DNA of 64,000 nucleotides, taken from contig JAWACY010000002.1 in assembly GCA_038896535.1 (NCBI GenBank), forward strand, positions 14,473 to 78,472, in the 5' to 3' direction. Below, piece after piece: positions 44,601 to 53,324 of the stretch (within the stretch, counting starts at the first letter, position 1; each line of letters opens with the position of its first letter). The translations under genes and the position numbers were made by a program. The notes beneath the pieces were generated by a model. It was not told the DNA's origin, did no database searches, and saw only the letters and a list, made by a program, of their open reading frames with translations. Source of the stretch: Candidatus Anstonellales archaeon (GTDB lineage Archaea; Micrarchaeota; Micrarchaeia; Anstonellales; J096).

Positions 44601-46568
44601 TTAAGGCGTGATGCCATTCCTGTATATATCCTTATTATTCCTGTATAATGTTGCTATTTTCTTTGCGCTTATGCCAGGAAGCGTATATTCTGACATTACT
44701 GCTTGCACTCTTTGCCTCAGGCTCTCTGAATAGGTTAAGTTAATTTTTTCTTTTTCTGATACTTTTTTTATAAACTGATTCAATATAAGGCCAGTATAGT
44801 TTTCAATTGCTGTGAATGGCTTTTTACATATGATATCTATGGCCTCAAGATTTTTATCGCTGTCAAATCTTTTTCTTATTATTGCTCTATAATAATAGGT
44901 AGCATCTTGCAATATCATATCAATAGTTTCTGACAATTCTTTTAATTTCTGCTCATTTATCTTTTCCTTTTTAGTCAATTTGTTTATTTCATAACTAAGC
45001 ATGTATCTCAATGTGCATGGAATGATTTCTATCAAAAGCTGAGTCTTTATGCTTAATATCAGCATTCTGTACGCATTTGCTCTTTCCCCTGTTTCAAATT
45101 TTTCTGTTTTATCAAAATCTTTTGGGAGCAACTTTGCATGTAAGTTAGAAATTGTTAAATATGTTTTTATCAAATTTAATAAATCTCTGCTTATATTTTC
45201 AATTTCCCCATTTGTTTGTGCAGCAATTCCAGAATTTGTTAAATAACCCTTTGAATGTGTATAAAGCCCGCCTGTCCTTAACATATATTTTATTGTTTCT
45301 GAATGTTCCTTTATACCTTGCTTAAAGTCAATGCCTTTTATGAATTCCTCCAATATTTCTATAAAGCGAGCATTTATTTTTCTGCTTTCATCTAAAATAA
45401 TTATTGGCACATCTATTTCCTTGCATCCATCATAACCAGAAAGCAGTTCATCAAGCAATGCCGGGTTATTAAGCATAGCCATTATCTCATCTTTTGTTTT
45501 GCCCTCTTTTATCATATTCAATATTTTTTTCATTGTCATTTCTTTTGCTTTTTCTAATGTCGCAATATCATTATCTGTTCCTTTGCTCTTCATTATTTCA
45601 TCATAAGTATGATCGAGCTTTCTCTCTTCTTTTGATTCAAGCCTTTCAAACATCGTTTCCCTTTCTAATGGGAATAATACATTTACAACTTCATTGTATA
45701 GCTTATCATTTTTATCAAAATATTTATCTACCAAATCTTTAATAAAGGCCTTAAAAGTTATCTCAAGATCATTTAATTTTATATCATTAATAAGCATGTA
45801 TCTCTTAAAGTGTTCTGTCATAATGAGCATTATTACATAATCAGACATGCCCAATGCCTTTAATCTTTTTATGATTGTTTTTGGGTATTGTATCTGATAT
45901 TTTATATGCCTGTTTTCAACGCCCTTCCTTTCTATCAATGGACATTCCAAAAAAGTTTCAAGATTAAATATGCTGTATGATTTGTTAATGATATCTTTTA
46001 ATTTCTTATCTCCATCCTCATTTCCCCTGCCATCTATAATTTTCAATGATAAAGCTTGATTGTGCAATTCATTTTGGTCTTTTCCAATCATGTCAAAAAA
46101 GCCGTTTGCTATCAATATGTTTTTAACTGCCTCTATAGAATATATGTAAAAGCCAAGCATATCTGTTTTTCTTCTTTTCATATAAAGCATATCAAGTAAT
46201 TCTCCAACCAAGTTAGAAAATGTCAATTTATATTCATTATCATGCATGCTTGTTATTTGCTCAATTAAAAAGTCATCAGTTATAACTTCTTCAACAATGT
46301 TTTTAATATGGGGGAAAACCTGCTTTATTGCTTCATCTTCTTTCATTTCATTTATTATTGCTTCTTTATCTTTATCCTGTTTTCCTTTCGCCTTATTTAA
46401 ATACTCACTTATCAGCTCCAATAAATTTTTCTTATCTCTATCAATGTTATAAATGAGCATTAACTTTTCAGCGGTAGCTTTAACAAGTATGCTTAAATAA
46501 GGCTGTACTTGATTAACTGATAAAGTATTTTCAAATATTTGCCAATCTCTATTATCCATATTAACCAC
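44601..46568 (-). CDS. Hypothetical protein (655 aa)
   Basis: This is a long ORF with no recognised motif and no Walker A. Confidence 0.5.
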   Translation of the reverse strand: MVNMDNRDWQIFENTLSVNQVQPYLSILVKATAEKLMLIYNIDRDKKNLLELISEYLNKAKGKQDKDKEAIINEMKEDEAIKQVFPHIKNIVEEVITDDFLIEQITSMHDNEYKLTFSNLVGELLDMLYMKRRKTDMLGFYIYSIEAVKNILIANGFFDMIGKDQNELHNQALSLKIIDGRGNEDGDKKLKDIINKSYSIFNLETFLECPLIERKGVENRHIKYQIQYPKTIIKRLKALGMSDYVIMLIMTEHFKRYMLINDIKLNDLEITFKAFIKDLVDKYFDKNDKLYNEVVNVLFPLERETMFERLESKEERKLDHTYDEIMKSKGTDNDIATLEKAKEMTMKKILNMIKEGKTKDEIMAMLNNPALLDELLSGYDGCKEIDVPIIILDESRKINARFIEILEEFIKGIDFKQGIKEHSETIKYMLRTGGLYTHSKGYLTNSGIAAQTNGEIENISRDLLNLIKTYLTISNLHAKLLPKDFDKTEKFETGERANAYRMLILSIKTQLLIEIIPCTLRYMLSYEINKLTKKEKINEQKLKELSETIDMILQDATYYYRAIIRKRFDSDKNLEAIDIICKKPFTAIENYTGLILNQFIKKVSEKEKINLTYSESLRQRVQAVMSEYTLPGISAKKIATLYRNNKDIYRNGITP

Positions 46569-46688
46569 AATATTATATATATTAAAACTATTTTTAAACC
46601 TAATCCTAAAACCTAATCTATGCTAATTTTTAAACCAAATCTTTAAAATGAGTTCTTGATGAAATATAACTTAAAATATAACTTAATG

Positions 46689-47612
46689 TCATTTACAATT
46701 TAATATAACTTTCCTCACTCTCCTTTTTCTTGTTATTTCAGATAAATTGCATTCCTTATTAGCGTTTCTTTTTTTGCTTTCTATTATTTCATTAACATAT
46801 CTTATTGCTTTTTTAATATTTTCAATATCATTTTCCACATTACTACTGCCAAGTATTGGTCTAAATTCAACGCTTATATTCTCTCTTTGATCTTGATGAG
46901 TTTTTAAGTCTGGCCTTAACCTTGTTAATGTATACAGCTTATCAGGGCCTATAAAAACACTACCATCTTTAAAATATTTTGGAAATATAACCCTAGCATT
47001 ATCAAGCTTTCCTCTTTTTATAAGCACTCGTTCTAGAAAAGCCCTGCATACGTTTAAATGTCTATCAAAATCTTCTAAATTATATATCTTATAAGGAAAC
47101 ATTAAAGGCCCCATTACTCTTGCTCTTAAAGATTGGTAATAAGCATATCTTTTCCTATAATTTATATTTGTATTATCTATGAATTCATTGGCCTTTTTAT
47201 TAAGCCCATTGTAGACATCAAATGCAATATCTAATGCCAGCTCAAAATGTAAATGCAGGCTGTTTATACAATAAAATGATTCCAAAAGTTCAGGGAATAC
47301 GAAACCAATAAAAAACTTATTATAAGATATAATTTCCTGCTTTTGTTGCATTGTCCATAAAATATTTATCCCTTTTCTTCTTGCCATTTCATTTATGAAT
47401 TTGAATAGAGCAATTATTTTGCTATCAATTTCATCTTCGTTTATGAATGCAATTTTAACTTCAAGTGTATTAATAGCAGTGCTTTCTTCAATCTCTGTAA
47501 ATATTCCATTGTTATTATCTATTAAAAATGACATAAAATCTCTAGCATGCAATCTGCTTAAAGGTTCGTTTTCTTTAAATAAGGAGAACTCTCTTTCTAT
47601 GCTAACGCGCAT
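46689..47612 (-). CDS. Hypothetical protein, possibly a distant glutamate-cysteine ligase family 2 / carboxylate-amine ligase-like fold
   Basis: The ordered motifs SIEREFSLF, SLHLHFEL and TRLRPDL...ISVEFRPILG loosely resemble the GCS2 pattern (E.E.., H.H, R...E.R). This resemblance is weak. Confidence 0.3.
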   Translation of the reverse strand: MRVSIEREFSLFKENEPLSRLHARDFMSFLIDNNNGIFTEIEESTAINTLEVKIAFINEDEIDSKIIALFKFINEMARRKGINILWTMQQKQEIISYNKFFIGFVFPELLESFYCINSLHLHFELALDIAFDVYNGLNKKANEFIDNTNINYRKRYAYYQSLRARVMGPLMFPYKIYNLEDFDRHLNVCRAFLERVLIKRGKLDNARVIFPKYFKDGSVFIGPDKLYTLTRLRPDLKTHQDQRENISVEFRPILGSSNVENDIENIKKAIRYVNEIIESKKRNANKECNLSEITRKRRVRKVILNCK

Positions 47613-47619
47613 TTCATCA

Positions 47620-48102
47620 CTACATATTTTCTTTTTTATAAATGCCTTTATAAGGGCTTGATGCCTCTGATTCCATTTTTAAGAATACAAGCTGTGCTAT
47701 CTTAGCATTTTTTGTTATTTTTATTCCATGCTCATTAAAAACAACAAGCAATGCTTCACTCCTCCCCTCATATCCTGGATCCCATAAAGCAGTGAATATG
47801 CTGGCACCATTCCTTAATAATGAGCTTCTTGGTCTTGCTATTGCGACCATATTTAATGGTATTGAAACAATTTCGTTGAATATGATTTTATAAGCCCCCT
47901 TATCTATAAGCCTTGGCTCATCAGATAAATGAATTTCCTCAACACCAGCAATGCTTCTTTTTTTATTATCAAAATCAATGCATCCATATCCTATAAATTT
48001 AAAAATTTGCTTTACTGTTAAATCCAAGCCTGCTGGTTGTACTTGCTCTTGTTCGCTCAATAATTGAACATGCTTTTTCGCTCTTTTTGGATGCACTATC
48101 AT
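47620..48102 (-). CDS. dut: dUTP diphosphatase / dCTP deaminase-superfamily protein (archaeal Dut-like)
   Basis: Motifs present are QPAGLDLTV, ARPRSSLLRNG and WDPGYEGRSEALL. The protein is 160 aa. Confidence 0.75.
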   Translation of the reverse strand: MIVHPKRAKKHVQLLSEQEQVQPAGLDLTVKQIFKFIGYGCIDFDNKKRSIAGVEEIHLSDEPRLIDKGAYKIIFNEIVSIPLNMVAIARPRSSLLRNGASIFTALWDPGYEGRSEALLVVFNEHGIKITKNAKIAQLVFLKMESEASSPYKGIYKKENM

Positions 48103-48114
48103 ATTTCTCCCTTA

Positions 48115-48582
48115 TCACTCATAAATCCATTTATCAATGTCTCTCTCATAATCAAAAAGCTCTTCTTTCTTAAAAAATCTTTTTAACTCCTTTTCAGCAG
48201 TCTCTTTACTATCACTAGCATGAATTAAATTCCTGCCAGTATCAATAGCAAAATCCGCCCTTATTGTGCCTGGCTGTGCTTTTTGTGGATTTGTTGCACC
48301 TATTGTTAATCTTACAACCTCTATTGCATTCGGGCCTTTAAAGGCAATTGCAATTATAGGCCCTGAAGTCATAAAATCTTCTATGCTCTTATAAAATGGT
48401 TTATCCAAGAGATGGGAATAATGCTCTTTTGTTAATTCTTTGCTCATTTTTGTCATTTTTATTGCAACTATTTTTAGGCCTTTCTGCTCAAGCCTTTTTA
48501 TTATTTCGCCAACAAGGGCTCTATTTAATGCATCTGGCTTTAATAAAACGACTGTTATTTCTTGCTTATCATCATGCTCCAT
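48115..48582 (-). CDS. ndk: Nucleoside diphosphate kinase
   Basis: Motifs present are TVVLLKPDA and NLIHASDS (active-site His). The protein is 155 aa. Confidence 0.9.
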   Translation of the reverse strand: MEHDDKQEITVVLLKPDALNRALVGEIIKRLEQKGLKIVAIKMTKMSKELTKEHYSHLLDKPFYKSIEDFMTSGPIIAIAFKGPNAIEVVRLTIGATNPQKAQPGTIRADFAIDTGRNLIHASDSKETAEKELKRFFKKEELFDYERDIDKWIYE

Positions 48583-48750
48583 AAAACCACCGATAATAAT
48601 CTGATATTTAATAATATGATATTTTTTACTTATTACTTGCTTTTTATTACTTTGCCTACACTTTTACCTATTTATTTCTTACCTTTCACAAACCTTTACT
48701 CTTGCCTTTTATTTACCCCCAGACATGCCTCTACTTTTTAATTTTTATAC

Positions 48751-48969
48751 TTATTTATTTTTATTATCATCGCTTTGGCCCTTTTTTAATTGCTGCTCTT
48801 TGAATATAACAAATGCCTTTGTCCATTTTAATTTTCTTCCTATCCTGCCAAGCTTCAGTGCATTTTTCTTGCATTTGCTTGAGCAAAATATCGCTGTTGA
48901 GCCGTCTGCTTTTACATACATAAATCCAGTTCCTTTTTTAACTTCATTACTGCAAAATGAACAAATCAT
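48751..48969 (-). CDS. rpl24e: 50S ribosomal protein L24e
   Basis: MICSFCSNEVKKGTGFMYVKADGSTAIFCSSKCKKN is the zinc-ribbon L24e signature. Confidence 0.88.
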   Translation of the reverse strand: MICSFCSNEVKKGTGFMYVKADGSTAIFCSSKCKKNALKLGRIGRKLKWTKAFVIFKEQQLKKGQSDDNKNK

Positions 48970-49023
48970 ATTAACACCCTTTTATATTAAATATAATTGC
49001 TGGCTTTAATAATTCAAGATTTA

Positions 49024-49233
49024 CTAAAGGCTTTTTATTTCTCTTGCTTCTCTTTCTGTTTCTCTCAATATGATAAGCATGCCTTTGTAAACAGGCCCCT
49101 TTATATTCCTTAAAATTACTCTTCCAGTATCTTTTCCTTCAAGTACTTTAACAAGGCATTGGTGTATCTCTCCATAAACGCCTGTCTTGCCTTTTACTTC
49201 CATTATCTCTGCTAAATATGCTTCATCAGCCAT
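49024..49233 (-). CDS. rps28e: 30S ribosomal protein S28e
   Basis: The segment [52 protein letters not shown] is the S28e signature. Confidence 0.9.
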   Translation of the reverse strand: MADEAYLAEIMEVKGKTGVYGEIHQCLVKVLEGKDTGRVILRNIKGPVYKGMLIILRETEREAREIKSL

Positions 49234-49247
49234 ATTATATCAACCCT

Positions 49248-49622
49248 TTATTTCTTTATTGTTTGCAAAACTTTAAGCACAGCAGTTAATTCATCATTTG
49301 CTTTTCCAGCATCAACAATTGCTATTGATGAAGTCGGAACATTTAGCCCTATTGCCTTGCCAAGCTCTTCTTTGCTATTAACATAGCCATACTTTATTCC
49401 CTTTTCTTCTGCTATTTTTGGCAGATGCATAACAATTTCTGGGGGGTTTACATCTTCTGCTATAATGACTAATTTTGCCTGCCCCCTCTCTATTGCTTTT
49501 GTCACTTCATTTACACCCTTTTTTATCAATCCGCCTTCTTTTTTTGCATTTGTCGCTAAATCTAAAAGCTTCCTCTTCAAATCATCGGGCAAATCAAATT
49601 TTATATATGGTTGCTTTGCCAT
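49248..49622 (-). CDS. rpl7ae: 50S ribosomal protein L7Ae (K-turn binding)
   Basis: The segment KGVNEVTKAIERGQAKLVIIAEDVNPPEIVMHLP is the L7Ae signature. Confidence 0.92.
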   Translation of the reverse strand: MAKQPYIKFDLPDDLKRKLLDLATNAKKEGGLIKKGVNEVTKAIERGQAKLVIIAEDVNPPEIVMHLPKIAEEKGIKYGYVNSKEELGKAIGLNVPTSSIAIVDAGKANDELTAVLKVLQTIKK

Positions 49623-49689
49623 TTTTCCACCTCATTCATTAAAATCATTTCATTGGTTATTATGCTATTTAATAGAAGGTTTTAAAATA

Positions 49690-50067
49690 CTATGTAAATG
49701 TGCAAGTTGCTGAATCCCATGTTTTGCCTATTAATACTCCTAATATATAAGGAACAATTATTATCAGCAAAATTCCTATAACAGCCCCTGAAAGCATGCT
49801 CTGACTCCACACAGTTGCTCTTGCTCTTAATTCGGCTCCTAAAAATTGTCCTGCTGTATATGCTATGCTTGATAAAACAATCATAACGCTTGCTAATGTG
49901 CCTACAACATCAAACAAGAAAGTACAAAAACCTTGTAAAGTTTGTTGAAGCTGGCTTTGGGCAATATAAATATTAATAAAAAAGAAAAAGAGAAAAAACA
50001 AATTTATTACTGCATTTAATCGCATCATATCAGCCATATAAAAAAAGATTTCAACAAGCAGTTTCAA
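49690..50067 (-). CDS. Small secreted two-TM membrane protein, VirB2/TrbC-like topology (paralog A)
   Basis: The signal-like N-terminus ends ...NIYIA|QSQ. Two hydrophobic helices flank the loop AGQFLGAELRARATVW. It is a clear paralog of 50051-50422. Confidence 0.4.
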   Translation of the reverse strand: MKLLVEIFFYMADMMRLNAVINLFFLFFFFINIYIAQSQLQQTLQGFCTFLFDVVGTLASVMIVLSSIAYTAGQFLGAELRARATVWSQSMLSGAVIGILLIIIVPYILGVLIGKTWDSATCTFT

Positions 50068-50422
50068 TGTTTATTTCCGGCACAAGCTGTTTGAATATAA
50101 ATGGGGTTATAACATAAATTATTATGCCTATTGCTGCAAAAATCACTATGTTCAATGCCCAGCTCTTTGCTCTTGCTCCAAATTCTTGGCCAAGCACATG
50201 CCCTGCTCCATATATTACTGCTGCTAATACAATAGCAAGTATTATCAATGGGGCTAAAACGCTTTTTAGCAAATCTACTAATGCACATAATGCACTTTTT
50301 ATTCTTTCTCCAGCCTCTTCTCCTGTAACTTGGGCAAATAACAAATAGGAGAAAACTGCTAAGCAAAGAAAAACTGCTATTCCCTTCCTTAACATTCCTA
50401 GCATTAAATCACCAAAAAACAT
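50051..50422 (-). CDS. Small secreted two-TM membrane protein, VirB2/TrbC-like topology (paralog B)
   Basis: The signal-like N-terminus ends ...YLLFA|QVTGEE. Two helices flank the loop AGHVLGQEFGARAKSW. It overlaps paralog A by 17 nt. Confidence 0.4.
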   Translation of the reverse strand: MFFGDLMLGMLRKGIAVFLCLAVFSYLLFAQVTGEEAGERIKSALCALVDLLKSVLAPLIILAIVLAAVIYGAGHVLGQEFGARAKSWALNIVIFAAIGIIIYVITPFIFKQLVPEINIETAC

Positions 50423-50448
50423 TTATCAATAATATTTAAAAATATTAA

Positions 50449-51168
50449 CTAATTTAACTCAGCATCAGCACAAGAGTTTAAAAAATGCTTAAAATAAATA
50501 TCTGTTTCTGCAATTGATATGATTAAATTAGCAAGCAAACTATAATATTTATCTACATTTTTATTCTCCATCATATCATATATTACTGCATGTGATAAAA
50601 AGATATTTTTCATTTTTCCATTCCAAGTTAATACTTTATAAACCAACTCTGCTTTTTTTCTTTCTTCTGTGCTAAAATTGGAGATAAAGGCAAAAGCCCT
50701 TCTTTTATCATTAATGTATCTAAGCCAGTTAGATGCAAAATTTTCATCTTCCATTTCTTTTTTTATTGCATATAAATCAAATGCTTTTGTACTGCCACAT
50801 ATGGCATAAAAAGAAATGCCTTCAGTAATTACTAACAATAATGTCTTTAATAAGCCAATAAAAATACTTTCATTGTTGCTAAAGCCTAACTTAATGAATT
50901 CAATGCCTTGGGGTGTTAATGAAAATAAAATATTTGAAAGGCAAGCAATCTTTGTGCATGCAGTGATTTTTTCAATCTCAAGCGAGATGAATAATTCCTT
51001 CAACTCTCTCTTTTTATTTTCTGATAGATTTTTATAAGCAACATTTGTGAATTTCCTATTAATTAAAACCATTCTTTTTATAATTTTTCTTTTTTCCATA
51101 TAATTTTTTAATCTCCTGAATTTTTCTGCCATATAGAATTTAATGCCCATTTTATCATAGCACTCCAT
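50449..51168 (-). CDS. Hypothetical protein (239 aa), same operon
   Basis: This ORF has one or two hydrophobic segments and no recognised motif. Confidence 0.4.
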   Translation of the reverse strand: MECYDKMGIKFYMAEKFRRLKNYMEKRKIIKRMVLINRKFTNVAYKNLSENKKRELKELFISLEIEKITACTKIACLSNILFSLTPQGIEFIKLGFSNNESIFIGLLKTLLLVITEGISFYAICGSTKAFDLYAIKKEMEDENFASNWLRYINDKRRAFAFISNFSTEERKKAELVYKVLTWNGKMKNIFLSHAVIYDMMENKNVDKYYSLLANLIISIAETDIYFKHFLNSCADAELN

Positions 51169-51373
51169 TATAATTTTCTATCACTTCTTCAAACTCATTT
51201 AACCTGCCAGTTCTCAAAATTTTCTTCATTATCAATTCTGCGAGTAGATAATCACTAAATTTTCCTGTTTTTGTGATCATATTATAGAGCATTTCAATTT
51301 TTTCTATTTCTGCCCCTCTATCTTTAAACTTGTTCGGACTTTTAAAATCTAGCAGAATGCTTGCTTTTCTCAT
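51155..51373 (-). CDS. Hypothetical small protein (72 aa), same operon
   Basis: This ORF overlaps both of its neighbours (14 nt and 4 nt), which suggests translational coupling. Confidence 0.35.
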   Translation of the reverse strand: MRKASILLDFKSPNKFKDRGAEIEKIEMLYNMITKTGKFSDYLLAELIMKKILRTGRLNEFEEVIENYNGVL

Positions 51374-51789
51374 CTCATAAGTTTTAAAATATAAATATCA
51401 TCAAAAATACGATCTAAAAATTTTGCATTGCGTAAAATCACATAAATGCCGGAGGCAAACAAAAAAGGCAATGCTAGCATGCTAAAAAAGCAAGCATTAC
51501 TTTCAAAGCACATGCTATTTGCTGGTTTTAGCAATTTTTTAATAAATGGAAAAAATAATGTATATTCAAAAAAAGAGATATTTAACAGGAGAGAGAATTT
51601 TTTTAATTCATGGGATGCTATTCTAATCCTGTATTCCCTTATATCATCTTTTGAAAGATGGCTTAATAAAACTCTTCTGAATACTTTTCTTTTTTCCATC
51701 CTATGCTTATGATCCATATTATTATGATCTTCATTTACATATAATCTAAATTTCCCGACATTTCTGACAGCAGATCTATGCCATAGCAT
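51370..51789 (-). CDS. Hypothetical membrane protein (139 aa), first gene of the operon
   Basis: This ORF has two hydrophobic segments (FSLLLNISFFEYTLFFPF and FFSMLALPFLFASGIYVIL). Confidence 0.4.
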   Translation of the reverse strand: MLWHRSAVRNVGKFRLYVNEDHNNMDHKHRMEKRKVFRRVLLSHLSKDDIREYRIRIASHELKKFSLLLNISFFEYTLFFPFIKKLLKPANSMCFESNACFFSMLALPFLFASGIYVILRNAKFLDRIFDDIYILKLMR

Positions 51790-51891
51790 ATTAAAATAAT
51801 GTTCAGTAAAATTTAAAAAGCATCATTTAACTTTTCTTTTAACAATTAATTTAATTTACTCCTTTATTTTCTATTATTTTCTTTTTATCTT

Positions 51892-52647
51892 CTATTTTTT
51901 CCTTTTCTGTACTTTTATTTCCCTCACTTCATTTTCGCTGCTTTTTTCATTATCCTGCTTATCCTGTTTTGCTTGTTTAAAAAATCTTCCGCCATCTTTT
52001 GTTATTACAAAAATGTCTATCCCATCTCCACTTGCACTATCTCTATTCATCGCTGCATTAACTGCTTTTACTCCTATATTTATTGCCTCATCTACTTTTA
52101 TCCCATCTTTATATAAAGAATCCAGCACACCAAAGGCTATAAGGCTTCCAGAACCAGAGCTTGCTATCCTTTCTTCTGTGACCCCCCCTATTAAATCTAT
52201 GCTGTATAAATATGGTTTATTTTCTTCATAATCATAACCAGCAAGCAAATTCATGACCCAAAAAGGATAATATCTATAACTAGATAAAATATTTGCTAAC
52301 AATACTGCTGCTGATTTTGGACTCATTGGTTTTTCTTGCTCTCTCTCATATCTTTGCACTTCTATTGATAGCCATCTCCCTATAAGCTGGTTATCTCCAA
52401 CTGCTCCTGAAAGTGTTATTGCTAAATGCTTTGCAAATGGTATGATTTTTGTTATTTCCTTGCTTAAAATATAATTTGACATTGTAACCCTTTTATCAGC
52501 AAGTAAAACAACGCCATCAGATGCTTTTATGCCAACTGTTGTTGTGCCTGTTGTAAACTTTCTTAAATCCTTTTCATTTTCTATGCTTTGCATTTTACCA
52601 CCAAAACAATATGATAGCAAAATATTTAAAATCTTTTTATAAAACAT
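51892..52647 (-). CDS. psmB: Proteasome subunit beta
   Basis: The propeptide is followed by the TTGTTTVGIKASDGVVLLADKR Thr-1 motif. There is a K/Q-rich C-terminal tail. Confidence 0.9.
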   Translation of the reverse strand: MFYKKILNILLSYCFGGKMQSIENEKDLRKFTTGTTTVGIKASDGVVLLADKRVTMSNYILSKEITKIIPFAKHLAITLSGAVGDNQLIGRWLSIEVQRYEREQEKPMSPKSAAVLLANILSSYRYYPFWVMNLLAGYDYEENKPYLYSIDLIGGVTEERIASSGSGSLIAFGVLDSLYKDGIKVDEAINIGVKAVNAAMNRDSASGDGIDIFVITKDGGRFFKQAKQDKQDNEKSSENEVREIKVQKRKK

Positions 52648-52681
52648 CTTTTTATAGGATTAAATGAAATCTTTTATAGGA

Positions 52682-53121
52682 TTACATGAAATTGCTGATC
52701 ATGCTGTCTATATAATGTTTTGCCTTTTCAATGACTCTCTTGCTGTTCTTATATGTTAATCTTTTTCTTGCTTGCTCATAATCAAGCCATTCATAGCCTA
52801 TATGCTCATTAGATAATTTAACATCTTCCTCATCAACAAAGCATAAAAAAACAAGACCTCCTTATAAATAGTTTCATTATCCATATAACGTGCTTTAAAA
52901 TAGTATTTTATTTTTTGTTTAAATCCATCTATTACATTAACTTTTTTAATCCCTGTTTCTTCTTCAAGCTCTCTTAAAGCAGCTTGCTCAGGGCTTTCAT
53001 CTTTCTCTATATGCCCCTTTGGAAAGTCCCAATGCCCCTCTTCATAATGTAAAATTAAGAACTTCTTATTATTTGGATTATATACTACAAAACCAGCAGA
53101 TTTTTCTTTTCTCATACCCAT
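52682..53121 (-). pseudogene. NUDIX hydrolase (Ap4A hydrolase-like) with a 1-nt frameshift in an A7/T7 run (52845-52851)
   Basis: The Nudix box is GHWDFPKGHIEKDESPEQAALRELEEETGI. The track ORF ends in nonsense (YALLMRKMLNYLMSI). Adding one T restores ...KEVLFFLCFVDEEDVKLSNEHIGYEWLDYEQARKRLTYKNSKRVIEKAKHYIDSMISNFM*, for 146 aa in total. Confidence 0.65.
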
Positions 53122-53140
53122 TCATTTTATTTCTTTCCAT

Positions 53141-53293
53141 TTATTTCTTTGCCTTTAGCCTTTTGTTCTTTTGCCTCATATATCTTGATCCACATTTTCT
53201 GCATCTCTTTGCATTTTTGCTATTCCTAGTTTTGCATCTTAAACATATTAATGTATCATTTATCAGTTTTTCTGCTTCCGGGAATTTTGCCAT
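53141..53293 (-). CDS. rpl40e: 50S ribosomal protein L40e
   Basis: MAKFPEAEKLINDTLICLRCKTRNSKNAKRCRKCGSRYMRQKNKRLKAKK forms a C4 zinc ribbon. The track ORF starts 14 codons earlier. Confidence 0.8.
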   Translation of the reverse strand: MAKFPEAEKLINDTLICLRCKTRNSKNAKRCRKCGSRYMRQKNKRLKAKK

Positions 53294-53324
53294 CTTACCA
53301 CCACATAAATATTTATACAAAGTA

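Noticed and set aside
48583-48750. I searched the ndk-rpl24e spacer, and other spacers near L7Ae, for a C/D-box sRNA.
   Set aside because: Only isolated CTGA and ATGAT fragments are present. There is no properly spaced C/D plus C'/D' arrangement, so this is not supportable by eye.
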